From: Takakia lepidozioides | Taxonomy: Eukaryota; Plantae; Bryophyta | DNA length: 64,000 nucleotides | Reading direction: 5' to 3' | Assembly: GCA_030704615.1 (NCBI GenBank) | Contig: CM060731.1 | Coordinates: 24,986,001-25,050,000 of the forward strand | Part shown: positions 25,401 to 36,756 of the stretch, one piece after another | How positions within the stretch are numbered: the first letter of the stretch is position 1 | Layout: every line of letters begins with the position of its first letter | Translations under genes and position numbers: made by a program | The notes under the pieces: model-generated | Told to the model about the DNA's origin: nothing | Databases searched by the model: none | Seen by the model: only the letters and a program-made list of their open reading frames with translations

Positions 25401-26887
25401 TGTGCACATCTCCCATGGCGGAAAACCCGAGCGCTACAGTGTACTGCCCTCCTCACGAGCATAGAGCTTCATTTCCGTGCAGAGGGGACATCTGCCGGGT
25501 GATGGAGAAATATCTGTGCGTTCGATACCACCTGAAAACCGGGGTCGGTTTTTTTGGAGGAGGAAAGGAAGGACTCAAACGGCCTTGTTGTCGAGAGTAT
25601 TGTTGTGCTCCACGATGATTTCGGCGATGGCAGGGAATGGCGAGTTCCACCATCGGACAGCGTCATATACAGGGCTGTTGGGGACTTCATTTGCCCGCCA
25701 AATGCACCTTCTATCCTGGCGCCTTCCACGAAACAATCCGCGAATCAGAGAGTGGCTACCTCAAAGAGAGAAGTCCGCAACGAAGTAAATCCAGAGCCGA
25801 ACCCATCCATGAAGACGAGCGAGAACTGGGTTGTTCACAACCTGTCCGACTCAGACGAGGTCATGGTAGTTCCGAGATCGTCCTGGAGATCAGGCAAGTC
25901 CTCAATGGATGTTAGTGGAGGAGGGAGTCATATTCCCAGCACGAGCACCGCAGTTCGATCTATTCTTGAAATTCTGCGAGGGCTTCACCTGGAGGGACAC
26001 CGGTCGGAGCTAGCCGGGCTGGACTACAGCAAGTTCGCAATTAAATCGGTTACATGCCTTCCCGCCGACGTCGACGGTAATATCTTCTTTGAGTTCCCTC
26101 CTCGGGCGGACTACTCGAGGGCGTCCGGAATGTTGACAGATATGGATAGAAAACATGACGGTCATCCTTGGTGCGTTACCAAAACCACCAGCATGAAGAT
26201 GCTCGATGGTTTCCGGTGCGCTACGTTGTTTGTGCGGGCGCGTTGCGGTGTTTCTCCCCAACTTGCTTCCACTTTAAATCCAGAGGTCACAGGAACGAGA
26301 CCGATTGGATAGGCACAGCTCATCAACCATTTCGAGCTCATGAGAAGGTTCCGAACTCCACATTTAAGTGTGCGCATTGCAAAGAACCACCACACTGCAT
26401 GTCTGTTTGTAATGCCAAGCAGTTCTATGTGTTGCACCGTTTCCCTGACCTCACCCGAGCTTGCATACACATTGGTTCCCATTGTCACAAATTGGCGAGG
26501 GGGAACAAAAATGGCGCCGAATTACCTGTCATGAGGGGACCTATAGCCGCGGAATTCGGCACCATTTTTCGCCAGAGAGACCTATTACCGCGAAATACGT
26601 CGCCGTTTTTTCAGGTTACGGACCCTACTACCGCGAAATTCGGCGCCATATTTGCACATGTCGCTGGGAATTGGCATGAGCGGAAGACGAAATATCATGA
26701 GCACAACTGTCAAAACTACAATTTTCCCTTCAAGGGGCCGAATAATATATTTGTTTTTCCTGACACATTGCATTAAATTAATGTTTTTTTATTGTTTTTT
26801 ATTTTCGAAATTTGTACTTCTGCTCATGAAAACCGATTGTCTTACTACTCCGCTCATGCCGCTCATGCTCATGAAATAGCTAACCTC
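22473..26887 (+). mobile_element. Non-autonomous deletion derivative of the palindrome-array MULE (4415 bp)
   Basis: Imperfect TIRs GGGGGCTGCTATTTCATGAGC and GCTCATGAAATAGCTAACCTC. TSD GTCTGTAG at 22465-22472 and 26888-26895. ~25100-26506 is near-identical to ~5390-6794. The junction 26506/26507 joins positions equivalent to 6794 and 9661, deleting DDE and SWIM. Confidence 0.95.
22640..25110. repeat. Left subterminal repeats and palindrome array of the MULE derivative
   Basis: GCCGAAAATGGCTAAGTCCCAGATCTG units in both orientations (22640-23140), then GGAAATTCGGCGCCGAATTTCC-based higher-order units of ~240-300 bp. Confidence 0.9.
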
Positions 26888-27221
26888 GTCTGTAGCGGCT
26901 CTCACAACATACCGTCTTCCCCAATACTCGAACTCCACATTTTCTCGGATGGGGGTGGGAGGGTCGAGATGATTCCCCCAACAACGAGGCTGGACGATCC
27001 TCAGTAACATAGTCCTATGCGCTTCCCATCGGGGGCGAGGATCCGGCTCAGGCCGCCCAAGCCGAAGGGGAGGAAACCTAGGGCGAAGCCGACCCCTCCT
27101 AGGGGTTCGGGGGGCACATGCATGTGGAGGTGGAGGTGGAGGTGGTACTGCTGGCAGAGGAGATGAAAGTGGAGGTGGTTGAGGATGTAATGTCAGAGGT
27201 GCATGTGGGAAAAACAATCAC

Positions 27222-27545
27222 CTTTGCCGCATCCGCAATCTTGTTCTTCTTGTAATGATTTTCGACAACATGCGGTCGCCGCCTCGGTGGTCTGGTGCCG
27301 CCCGGCGGTATCCGTTCCCAACACTTAGTGCACCAACACTCAATCCTGTCGGGGGGGGGGGTCAAAGGTGGACGTGGTTGGACGGGGGGGCCCGCGAGGG
27401 GGCAACCCGCGGCGCGCCCGACTCGATCCCGGAGTGTCAACATCCTCCGCATCACCTTAAAATTGGCCCCGGTCCCTTCTATGATTGTGCCCGGCAACCT
27501 GTATTGGATCAGGTGCAATGGGTGCCTCCTCGCCACGCTCACCAT
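27222..27545 (-). CDS. Probable exon 1 of the CACTA transposase (transposase-associated Zn domain)
   Basis: IECWCTKC...VVENHY resembles the CPC..C...HL N-terminal motif. Ends at AAG|GTGATT (phase 0), matching the phase-0 acceptor TATCAG|GAC at 20920. Confidence 0.6.
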
Positions 27546-28639
27546 CCCATCCTAATTAACACACACCACCAACACTTTCATTTCTCAAAAACCGTTGGCA
27601 AAAAAACCCTATGCCTCAGCCTCGGGGCTTTCAAAATTGGTAACCAAAGGCGGAGCATCCCTATGGTGCTAGAGCCCAAGACAATAAATCCTTCCTCTCG
27701 TTCTATCTTCAAGATGCTCACACTATGGAAAACTTTGTTGAGACCCAGCGCTTTGCGATTATCAGATTGAACCACATTTTGGGTATGTGAATCCTAATAC
27801 ACCGTTTATCCTTTTAACCCCAAGACCCACAACCAAAACTGCCAATCCAAAACCCAACACCATAAAGAACAGCAAACACCCTAACCCAATACCATATGAA
27901 AAAATAAAAAATAAAAATAAAAACTAAGAAACCCAAAAGGCCCTTAACCCTAAATCCATAAAGGCCGGCCGTCGCCTCCTGCGACACCCTGGCATCGCAT
28001 TGGACGACGCATTTTTTTGTTTTTTACCTGGGGGTTGCACACCGCGACGGACAGCCGTCGCGGGGGGCGACATGTTTTTTTATATTTATGGCCGGGGGTC
28101 GCAAGAAACGACGGCCAGCCGTCGCAAACTTCACTTTTACATTTCAAAAAGAGGGCGGGCGCAGGCGTGCGACGGCCAGGCGTCGCACGTGGGCGCCGAG
28201 CCTTTTTTTTTTTCTCTAAGTGCTAGAAGCATCTATTTCCCCTCCCTTTTTCGTTTGTTCTTTGGGAGAGAGGTAGTTCAGAGAGTGGGGTTTAGGGTGG
28301 AGGAGAAACGCACCTGCTGCTGAGCCCGAGGTGGTCACAAGGCCCCAAGGAGTTTGCCCCAACGCCGCTCCAACGCCCAAGGTAAGCACCGCCTCCTCCC
28401 TCACTTTCTGTCTTTTTTTCTTGCCCTAAGCACGAGCTGATGTCTCTCTCCCTTGCGTGGTAGGAACGCCGTGCAGAGGCGCGACCTAACGAGCTGAAGA
28501 GAGAGAGAGAGAGAGCCGTGGTGAGCGGGGGAGAGACGCCCTGCAGTGGCGGGGACCCGCGTCGCTGGCAGCCGCGACAGCACCGCAGCAGCTCGCCGCG
28601 CCTGCTCGCTTCAAGCAGCAGCAGCAGCAGCAGAGGTAC

Positions 28640-30715
28640 GTCAGGGAAATTGCACTCTCCCTTTCTTCTCTGCTTCTGTTTACTGTTCAAAGGTAGTCTT
28701 CCTGCCCTGACTTTAAATTTAGGTCTGGTGCCAGGAGTGGGATAGACCCTTGAGCGCATCCATGATGTCCTCCCCCATGTCACAGACTGGAAACAAGTTC
28801 AGGGAAGTTTTCTTCCTAACTTCATTTTCATCGGACAATTTTCTGGTAACAGACATGGCTTTGGACACTACACTCTCTAAGTCAGGTTTATCCAGCAAGG
28901 TCAAGACTTGCAGGTCCATATTCAGATCCTTGAGAATCTCTTTTACTCTCTTCTCCCAGGGCTCACCCTATTTGACAGGGCGGTCCTGTTTCCAAGATAT
29001 AGAGTAGATTAACTTAGGATATATGGTGTTGGACATATGTTGCAGCTGAACCACCATCTGACCTTGAATTTAGGGTGTCGGGAGCTTAAAAGAGAGCAGC
29101 ATAGAAGAGAGAGAGAGGGAGGGAGAGGGAGAGAGGGACAGAGAGGGACAGAGAGAGGGAGTGAGAGGGAGACATCAGGGGGCTGCTGCTCAGTCACTTC
29201 CCCCCCCCCCCACATTCTCTGTTTTTCTTTGTTGCCCCCTCTCTTGGGGAAACAAAAGGGACAAATCCTACCTCTGTCATGGGCTGACGTTGGTAGTAAG
29301 ACTTACCTTCACATATAGAATTAATCCGGGTTTTCCAGATATCCTCTACAAATCCCTTCATACAAGCATCAATCTGCTGTGTGTGAGTTGCCCAAAAACT
29401 AGGCCTCAGAAAGGGCTGGGCTTTTGGCTCAGCCTCGATTTTTTCGAAGTTAGTAAACAAAGGTACATGCACAATTCCCTTGATAGATTTGAAGAGAGAG
29501 TCTCTTTGGTGAGAGAACCCCGGATAGTGTATCAGAAAATGAATAATGTCTTCAGGTTGCCCACAGACATGGTTGGACACTACAACCTCTAAGTCAGATT
29601 TATCTAGCAGGGTGAAGACTTGCGAATCCAGGTCCAGGTCCTTGAGAATCTCTTCTACTGTCTTCTACCAGGACTTAGCCTGTTTGACAGGTCGGTGGGC
29701 GGTCGTGTTTCCAAGATATAGAGTCGATTAATTTAAGATATCTGGAGTTGGACATATGTTGCAGCTGAACCCACCATCTGACCTTGAATTTATCTCGTCG
29801 GGAGCTTAAAAGAGAGCAGCACAGAAGGAGTTGTTGCTGCTCAGTCACTCCCTCCCCCCCACATTCTCTGTTTTTCTTTGTTGCCCCCTCTCTTGGGGAA
29901 ACAAAAGGGACAGATCCTACCTCTGTCAGGGGCTGACGTTGGTAGTAAGACTTACCTTCACATATAGAATTAATCCGGGTTTTCCAGATATCCTCTACAA
30001 ATGCCCAAAAACTAGGCCTCATAAGGGGCTAGGCTTTTGGCTCAGCCTCGAGACTTTCAAAGTTAGTAAACAGAGGTACATGTACAATTCCCTTGATAGA
30101 TTTGAAGAGAGCGTCTCTTTGGTGAGAGAACCCCGGACAGTGTATCAGAAAATGAGTACTGTCTTCAGATTGCCCACACAACGGGCAATTGCACTCTCCC
30201 TTTCCTCTCTGCTTCTGTTTGCTGTTCAAAGGTAGGCTTCCTGCCCTGAGTTTAAATTTCAGTCTAGTAAGCCCGAAAGGCTGGTAGCAAGCCGCACTGC
30301 CTCTTCTGATGGATACTCCTGACAAGGGCAACATGGAGTTAGGGTCACTGTACACAGCCCAAAAATACCAAAGGCTCACACGGTAGAACAAAGGGTAGAC
30401 CCTTGAGGTCATCCAAGATGTCCTCCCCCATGTCACTGACTGGAAACAAGTTCAGGGAAGTTTTTTGCTTAACTTCATTTTCATCAGACAATCTCATGGC
30501 AATAGACATGGTTGGACACTACAACCTCTAAGTCAGATTTATCCAGCAGGGTGAAGACTTGCGGTTCCAGGTCCAGGTCCTTGAGAATCTCTTCTACTGT
30601 CTTCTGCCAGGACTTAGCCTGTTTGACAGGTCAGTGGGCGGTCCTGTTTCCAAGATATAGAGTCGATTAACTTAGGATATCTGGTGTTGGACATATGCTG
30701 CAGCTGACCCCACCA
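28640..30715 (-). mobile_element. Three tandem fragments of a non-LTR retrotransposon (LINE ORF2 C-terminus and 3' end)
   Basis: SSRRDKFKVRWW, KFKLRAGSLPLN and CCHC knuckle CPLCGQSEDSTHFLIHCP. Units at ~28640-29090, 29183-29812 and 29835-30715 carry different internal deletions. Confidence 0.7.
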
Positions 30716-30719
30716 TTTG

Positions 30720-33036
30720 ACCTCCCCCCCCCCAACCCATTTTTTTCCATTGTTGCCCCCTCTCTCCCTCTGTCTCCCTCTCTACTGGGAATTGGCAGTT
30801 TGCTATCAGTGTGGATTTTTTGTTCCTCTATCAGGCTTTTTCATCCATACCGGATGAGCCACCAGGATGGACACTGAATTACCTCTATGATGGTTCTTTT
30901 GGCCTTTTCATTCATCCTCTATTGACTCTCATCCATATCGGATGAGTCACCATGGAAGAAAAGAATTACCTCTATGGAGGTTGCCAACAGCATCCTGTTT
31001 TTCCATCCGTACCGGATGAAAAACTACCAAGGTGATAATTTTTCATTCTTCTTTTATTGACTCTTGTTATCCATACCGGATGGTCTGGAAAGGAATGATA
31101 GAATTACCTAGATGGAGGTAAGGCGCTGCCACGGATGATATTCCTTATTTTTTCATCTTGACACATGTGAGCTGTCTATGGGTGATGTGATTATGACCTG
31201 GAATTGATCTTTACTACCCCTAATTATGATTAATTACGGTGGAAACCCTAACCCCTACCCCAAAACCTATTTTTTACCTTGCTACGGATGAAATCCGTCA
31301 GGGTTTATGGACTCGTCCTACCATTTTTCATCCGTGGATGAAAAATCGGGGGACAACCCTATGTCGTCTCTCCCGCTGTCAGAAGCACGCGATGTGCTTC
31401 TGAGCTCGCGAGGAGAATGTTATGGCGGGCGTGCTTCGGTGGCTGCCTCGTTTGTGGTGTCGTACCCATGCTGGACGAGCGCCTGGGGGGGCGCGAAGGC
31501 GGCGCCTTGTCTCTCTTGCAGCGGGAAACACCGCTATGAAAGCAGTGGCATCTTCCCTCCTCTGGTTTTTTCTGTGCTTATCAAGGATGCTTATGATGGG
31601 AAAATCTCTTCCTTTTTTCTAGTGCCTTGCGTTTGTGCCTGCTTTGCTTCATTGCTTATGTGCTTTGTGGAGGCGGCTTGCTGCTGGTGGTGATGGCGCA
31701 TAACCCTCTTCCCCAATCGCTTAACGTGCCTTTGGAGTTTAGGGATTCTCATGTTCTTATCTCTTTCTCTTGCTTTTGAGTTTCTTAGTTGACATTGATG
31801 ACAAGTGTGAGGGTCTGTGATTCACCTGGGGTTCCACAATCCTCACTAACCTGTTGGTTTTTGTGGGGGCTTGTGATGGGACCAGGTGAGGATCCTCACC
31901 TACTTTGAAGTTTCTTGAGCATGCAGATTGGGATATGGGCTGAGGAGACCTAGGGTTGTGCGCGTTGTGAGGTGGTTGCTGGCTGCAGCCCCGACTTCAA
32001 CCCAGCTGCCCTTGACTTGATATGCTCCAGCCTGCATTCTGGCCTTTGTCGTTCTGCCACCGATGCGCAGCTCGGCCTGACGGGCTTGTTTCCTGAGGCT
32101 TGCATACAAACTATACTCTACCTTTTAATCTTTGACAGCACAGCCTGTGGATTACTAGGCTAGGTTGTAAGTTATTTTGGCCAAAGAGGATCTGGTTTTT
32201 GGTGGTATGTTTATGGCGGTTTTGGGTAACTATGGATCTGATGGCCTTGAAGTTTTAGGCAGCAGCCTGGTAGGGTACTGCCCTGCTCCTTGTCAGGCCC
32301 ATTTCTGATGTATACTGGATCGTAGTAAGGTGTTTTTTGCATGTCTTCAGCATGGAACTCCTGAAGGATGAGGATGGTAAGCTGCAATGGAATCCTACCT
32401 ACTGTTTTGGATCTGTCATGACATCAGGCCTATGACCTGCCATCTGTTTTTTATACAAAAGAGGCTGGATCTCGGCTGTTCATGCTGTTTGTTGGTACAA
32501 ATCTTGAACCTGCAATTTGACAGGCTGCATTCACATTCCCTTGATACCTTGTATGATCACATGTCTCGGGGTGAATACAAATGATATGGAATCTACTTCA
32601 TCTGGATCAAGTTGGACTGCTTGGTGAGATACTGAGATTCTGACAAAATGCAGGCTGGTCCTTTTGCCTTGGCTAATGCATGACATGCCATAATTCATGG
32701 CTGAATTGGTAAGCTGCTGGTATATGTACAGGCTGAACCAAGAGGCCTTGCAGCATGCACAGGGACAACAATATCTTATCTTGTCCCACACAAGAACAAA
32801 CCCCGCCCTCCCACCCTGTTTTGTCTTGGATAATTAGGTGGTGTCTTTTTGGGATGATTTGACAAGACTGGAAATGTGAGATAGTGCCCTATCCAGGGCT
32901 GTTTATGTCTTTAATTGACAATGACCCTTATGGGTCTTGTCCATGTCTTGACATGACGTGAATATCTTCCCTCTCTCTTATTAACTTTTTCTACCCCCTC
33001 TTTCCCTCTGTGGTTTTTTTTTTTTTGTGAGCAGCA
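30720..33036 (+). repeat. Diverged relative (A1) of the Penelope-like terminal repeat, inverted relative to B1/B2
   Basis: Blocks at 31806-31900 and 32800-32975 are homologous to the reverse complement of the B repeats. 30760-32160 aligns with 41120-42580. Confidence 0.7.
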
Positions 33037-35651
33037 CGAAAGAGAGGGAAGATACTATGTCTTGTCGGGACATGGACAGGACCAAACATGGTCAATGTCA
33101 ATTTTTACGACAAATCAACCTCATGAAGAGGCATTATCAGTCAAACTCCATTTCTAATCAGAAAAGTTGTTCAAACTGGCAAGGGCAAAGCTCTGGGGCT
33201 CACTAAATTTTTCCACTGCAGAGGGGTCAACTCTGAGGTTAAGAAAACCATGTTTTGTCGCGTTATTAGACCTGCCTTGGAGTACGGATCTGCTATATGG
33301 GTTGATAACTCCAACCAGGCTAAGTCTCTAGAATCCATTCAAGTGGGGGTGCTTAAGGAGTGTATGTCAGCATGCTCCAAAACAACCAATGTGGCTGTTC
33401 GGGGTGAGTTTGGCATTCCGTCCTTAAGCTCCCGACGAGATGAATTCAAGGTCAGATGGTGGGGTCAGCTGCAACATATGCCCAACAAATGTCCTGTTGA
33501 TATCTTGGAAATAGGACCGCCCTGTCAAACAGGCTAATGATGACCTCCATTACATTTCAGAGACAAAGAATCTACCTGGTAGATTTCAATGACAAGAAAA
33601 TGCGGGTGGGAGGGTGGGATTACTTAGAAGATCCCCTCCTTATAATAATCCGGCTTTATATTCTAAGGAACAGTATGCTAAACAAGTGTTCAGCCTGTTT
33701 TTATGCCTGTTTTAGAATTATAAGCTATGGGTGGCATCTAAGCAAACAATTAAATGTTTACCTATATCATGCAATAGTACTGCTCATCTGGAACCCAAAA
33801 GTTCCAGCTATTTTCCATTAATCACACAACCGGGATATTAAATCAGCTGGTTACTTGACAAGATAACCAGTTTTTTAATAACAAAAACCCAGAGCTTATC
33901 TGCTACATTTTTAGAACTTCTTGTAATCATGACACAGATTCAAAACTCATTGCATTTTTTAGTAAGCTTGATTTCCCAGAACTGCTTTCTACTGCAGTGT
34001 TCTGTATCAGAATATGCCATAGCTAGCAAAAAACATAGCTATCTTTTTTGTAACATAAAATCCAGAGCCATGTTGTAGGTTAATCAGTCTTTGATTACCA
34101 AGCAACAGCAGGGGCTTCTCTTTAAAACAATCAGACCTGGTTTATGTTTGGGGTCATTATGTTACAACCTTGACAAGGTGTTTGCACAAACACAACTGTA
34201 TACAATCTGTAATTACAGAGTGACATGAAGAGGTAGCAGTTTACTTACCTTAGCAGATTGTATGCAAGGTAAGAAGGAAAGGGGGTTCAGACATCCACAG
34301 AGGTTCCATATATTGAGCATATAAAGGCATACATGGCTCAGTATAAACCATATGCAAGCTCTGGCCTCTCCCCTACCGTGTTGCTTGAAAGTGTACTTAT
34401 CAGAGTAGCAAATCGTGCTCTAGGCATGAAAAAAGAGCATATATTTGGTCTGGAAGCCCTACTTCCAGTACCATATTTCAATGCAGCGGAAATCATAACC
34501 CAGAGTCCTTAATAGAATTCATGTGTTCTAAAAAGGCTCGCTAATGCACTTGCTGCTTCAACACATAGATAAAAGTTGTAAGCATATCCAGATTGGTCAT
34601 GTAGTGAGGCAAAAATGAGACATCTCCCTGGATAATCAGCTGATGTCGATGTCACTTCACTTGCAGGTTTGTCATCAGATTCAAGCTTCAAAAATCACAT
34701 TAAGTGAGGACCCTCACCTGGTCCCATCACAAGCCCCCACAAGAACCAACATGTTAGTGAGAATTGTGGAACCCCAGGTGAATCGGGTCTCACGCTTGTT
34801 ATCGCTGTACAACATGAGTTCTAATTCTAAACACAAGCAAGGTTATCCACAACCTTAATCGATTGCGGAAGAGGACTCGACATCGCTCCAAGCACTTGAC
34901 AATCAACAACACAAACAAGCAATGGTTTGCTTGAAATCTATGCGCATTTTAACAGGTGAAGAAACCCCCTGAGTTTTTATGAGCAGTGCTGAAACTTAAT
35001 GATCCAGAGAGGATCTACAAGTAGTCGGGCAGCCTAAGGTAGATTGCCCGCCAAGGGAATAGGTCACCATACTGAGGGAATTGAAGCACCGCCGCCGTTA
35101 CGCCTCCCAAGGGAGATGAGAAAGGACTGGAATCTTGCCAGAGTACTTGTAAACAACATTGAAGCGTCTCCATAGCCATCAAAATCATAAAATTCGTGCT
35201 AAGAGATCCCTCTGGCACCATCACTTCATCTCCCGTAGAGAAAACGCACAGTATCGTGCAAGTTTTATGGCAGGAGAGGAAATATGGCAAACCATTGCGA
35301 TTTCATCCATGTGGGATGAAAAATAAGAAATGAAAGGTGAATATTCCCCTGTTGTCATCGCCATGTCATCCATCAGGGATGACATCCTAAAATCGATGAC
35401 CAGAACCTGGCATTCATTAGGGTTAGATATAAATGTCCTTAATAATCCAAAGGAACCAGGTAAAAAATGATAACCATAATTAACATTTAATGGAATTCAT
35501 CCATTATTAACTATATCCGGTATGGATGAAGATAGCATAAAGTTAATTATAGTTTAGTCAAAAATTACCTTAGTACCAAACCCTCTGGGTTATGGAATAG
35601 GTTACCAACAGGATCCATGTACAGAGGGAGAGAGAGAGGGAGAGAGAGGGA
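33037..35651 (-). repeat. Direct repeat B1 (downstream pseudo-LTR), carrying a 374-bp LINE insertion
   Basis: Matches 38777-41020 with about a dozen differences by eye, apart from the insertion at 33163-33536. Confidence 0.95.
33163..33536 (+). mobile_element. LINE RT-thumb fragment inserted in B1
   Basis: RPALEYGSAIW..LESIQ..TTNVAVRGEFGIPSLSSRRDEFKVRWW, the same family as 28640-30715. Absent from B2, which has TCTT at this point. Confidence 0.8.
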
Positions 35652-35787
35652 TCCCACCAGCCAGCCCCTGGTATGGCATTCCCTTATGGGATGAGTGTGG
35701 TATGCACTCAGCCCGTAAGGGAGTGCATACCAGACCCATTCTCATAAAAACTCTCCCTTCTCTTTGTAGTCTTCATCGCTGGTTTTT

Positions 35788-36615
35788 CTATTTTAGAAAA
35801 ACCAGATGGATATGAAGGTCTACACTCACATCTCCCATGGTAAAAAAAAAGGAAAACTGCAAAGGAAAAAGGTATACAATCATGTAAGAATGAGTGCAGC
35901 GTGTACCTTTTAATCTTTCAATGAGCTCTTGTAAAGGGAAGAAAAGACCAGGGAAGGAGCCCTGCTCAAGGAAACTTATCAAAATCTGGGTTAGTTTTTT
36001 GGTTTTGAAACCATTCCTCCCAAGGGTATGTATGAGAATATAGCATTCATTCCAAGCAAGATTAACACTGCTGGAAATATACAAAATCGTAAAGGCTTGT
36101 GAAATCACTACATTGTAGGATTGATTCACAGATCTATTGGATGAGAACTGGATATACTGAGTATAAGAGAAAGGCAAGAGTCTTCTCTTATCATATTTCT
36201 GAAATTGAAACTCACCTGAGTCTGGATTTAACACAGAGATCTGAACGTTCATAAAACATGCTTCCAAACCTTCATATTGGGATCCTGGCTTGGTTCTCAA
36301 CAATTCAGGTTTGATTTCCACAACATTCAATGGGTAAATCCACCATGGATTACTGCTGCTCCTGTCTGCGTCAGGATTAAGGAATAACATAGCATTGCCA
36401 ATATTAAGCCAACAGATGTCATCTATATATCTGAAAGCATATTGAAACTTAGGCATCAATTGATATTGTCCAAGAGCTGCCAGTCTCAAGATAAATTTAA
36501 GCTCATAGGAAAGGAAATATATGTTGCACCATAATGGTGAACACGAAAATCCCATAGGAATACCTGACACTTGATGCCAAACACGGTCACCCAATGCTAC
36601 GAAGTAGTGGGACAT
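35788..36615 (-). pseudogene. Penelope-like reverse transcriptase, C-terminal half
   Basis: HQVSGIPMGFSCSPLWCNIYF (motif B), FRYIDDI (motif C), IYP, FMNVQI, YDKRR. No C-terminal GIY-YIG. Confidence 0.85.
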
Positions 36616-36756
36616 TGTCAGTCGTTCCCTGTCCTGCTATCCGTTCCCTATGGTCGTGACAGCTGTGTCAAGCTGTGACTGGTTGTGTGAAACTGTGACG
36701 GGCTGTGACTGGCTGTGCGACTGTGTCCGGCTGTGTCCGGCTGTGACTGGCTGTGC

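Larger units (their letters stand above)
21928..27010 (-). pseudogene. SET-domain protein (219 aa when reconstructed) interrupted by the MULE insertion
   Basis: Joining 27010-26888 to 22464-21928 gives one open frame: ...YVVRAATDPAMGRGLL...FPYYG...DGDPDVFGNVAGLVNSS..PRRTN...IKAGSELFTSY. Confidence 0.8.
17310..28222 (-). mobile_element. CACTA/EnSpm (CMC) DNA transposon, 3'-truncated
   Basis: Minus-strand start CACTTAGAGAAAAA at 28222. GGCCGTCGC/GCGACGGCC subterminal repeats at 27963-28190. TnpD-like transposase. The second terminus was not found. Confidence 0.8.

Noticed and set aside
27150-27221. Short alternative intron fusing transposase exon 1 to the SET ORF
   Set aside because: A branch point and CCAG/CAG acceptors exist, but they are phase 1 for the SET frame while the donor is phase 0. 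No in-frame fusion in this sequence.
31806-31900. SECIS element, as in selenoprotein-encoding Naiads
   Set aside because: Land plants lack Sec decoding, no in-frame TGA pattern was seen in the RT fragments, and no clear SECIS core is present.
34660-34690. CTGATGA on the minus strand as a hammerhead core
   Set aside because: No stem II followed by GAAA, and not conserved in A1/A2.
35300-35430. Telomerase RNA-like gene (CTAACCCTAA and USE-like TCCCACAT on the minus strand)
   Set aside because: The USE-like word lies downstream of the putative template and belongs to the CATCC/GGATG palindromes. AACCCTAA is a common plant promoter telo-box.
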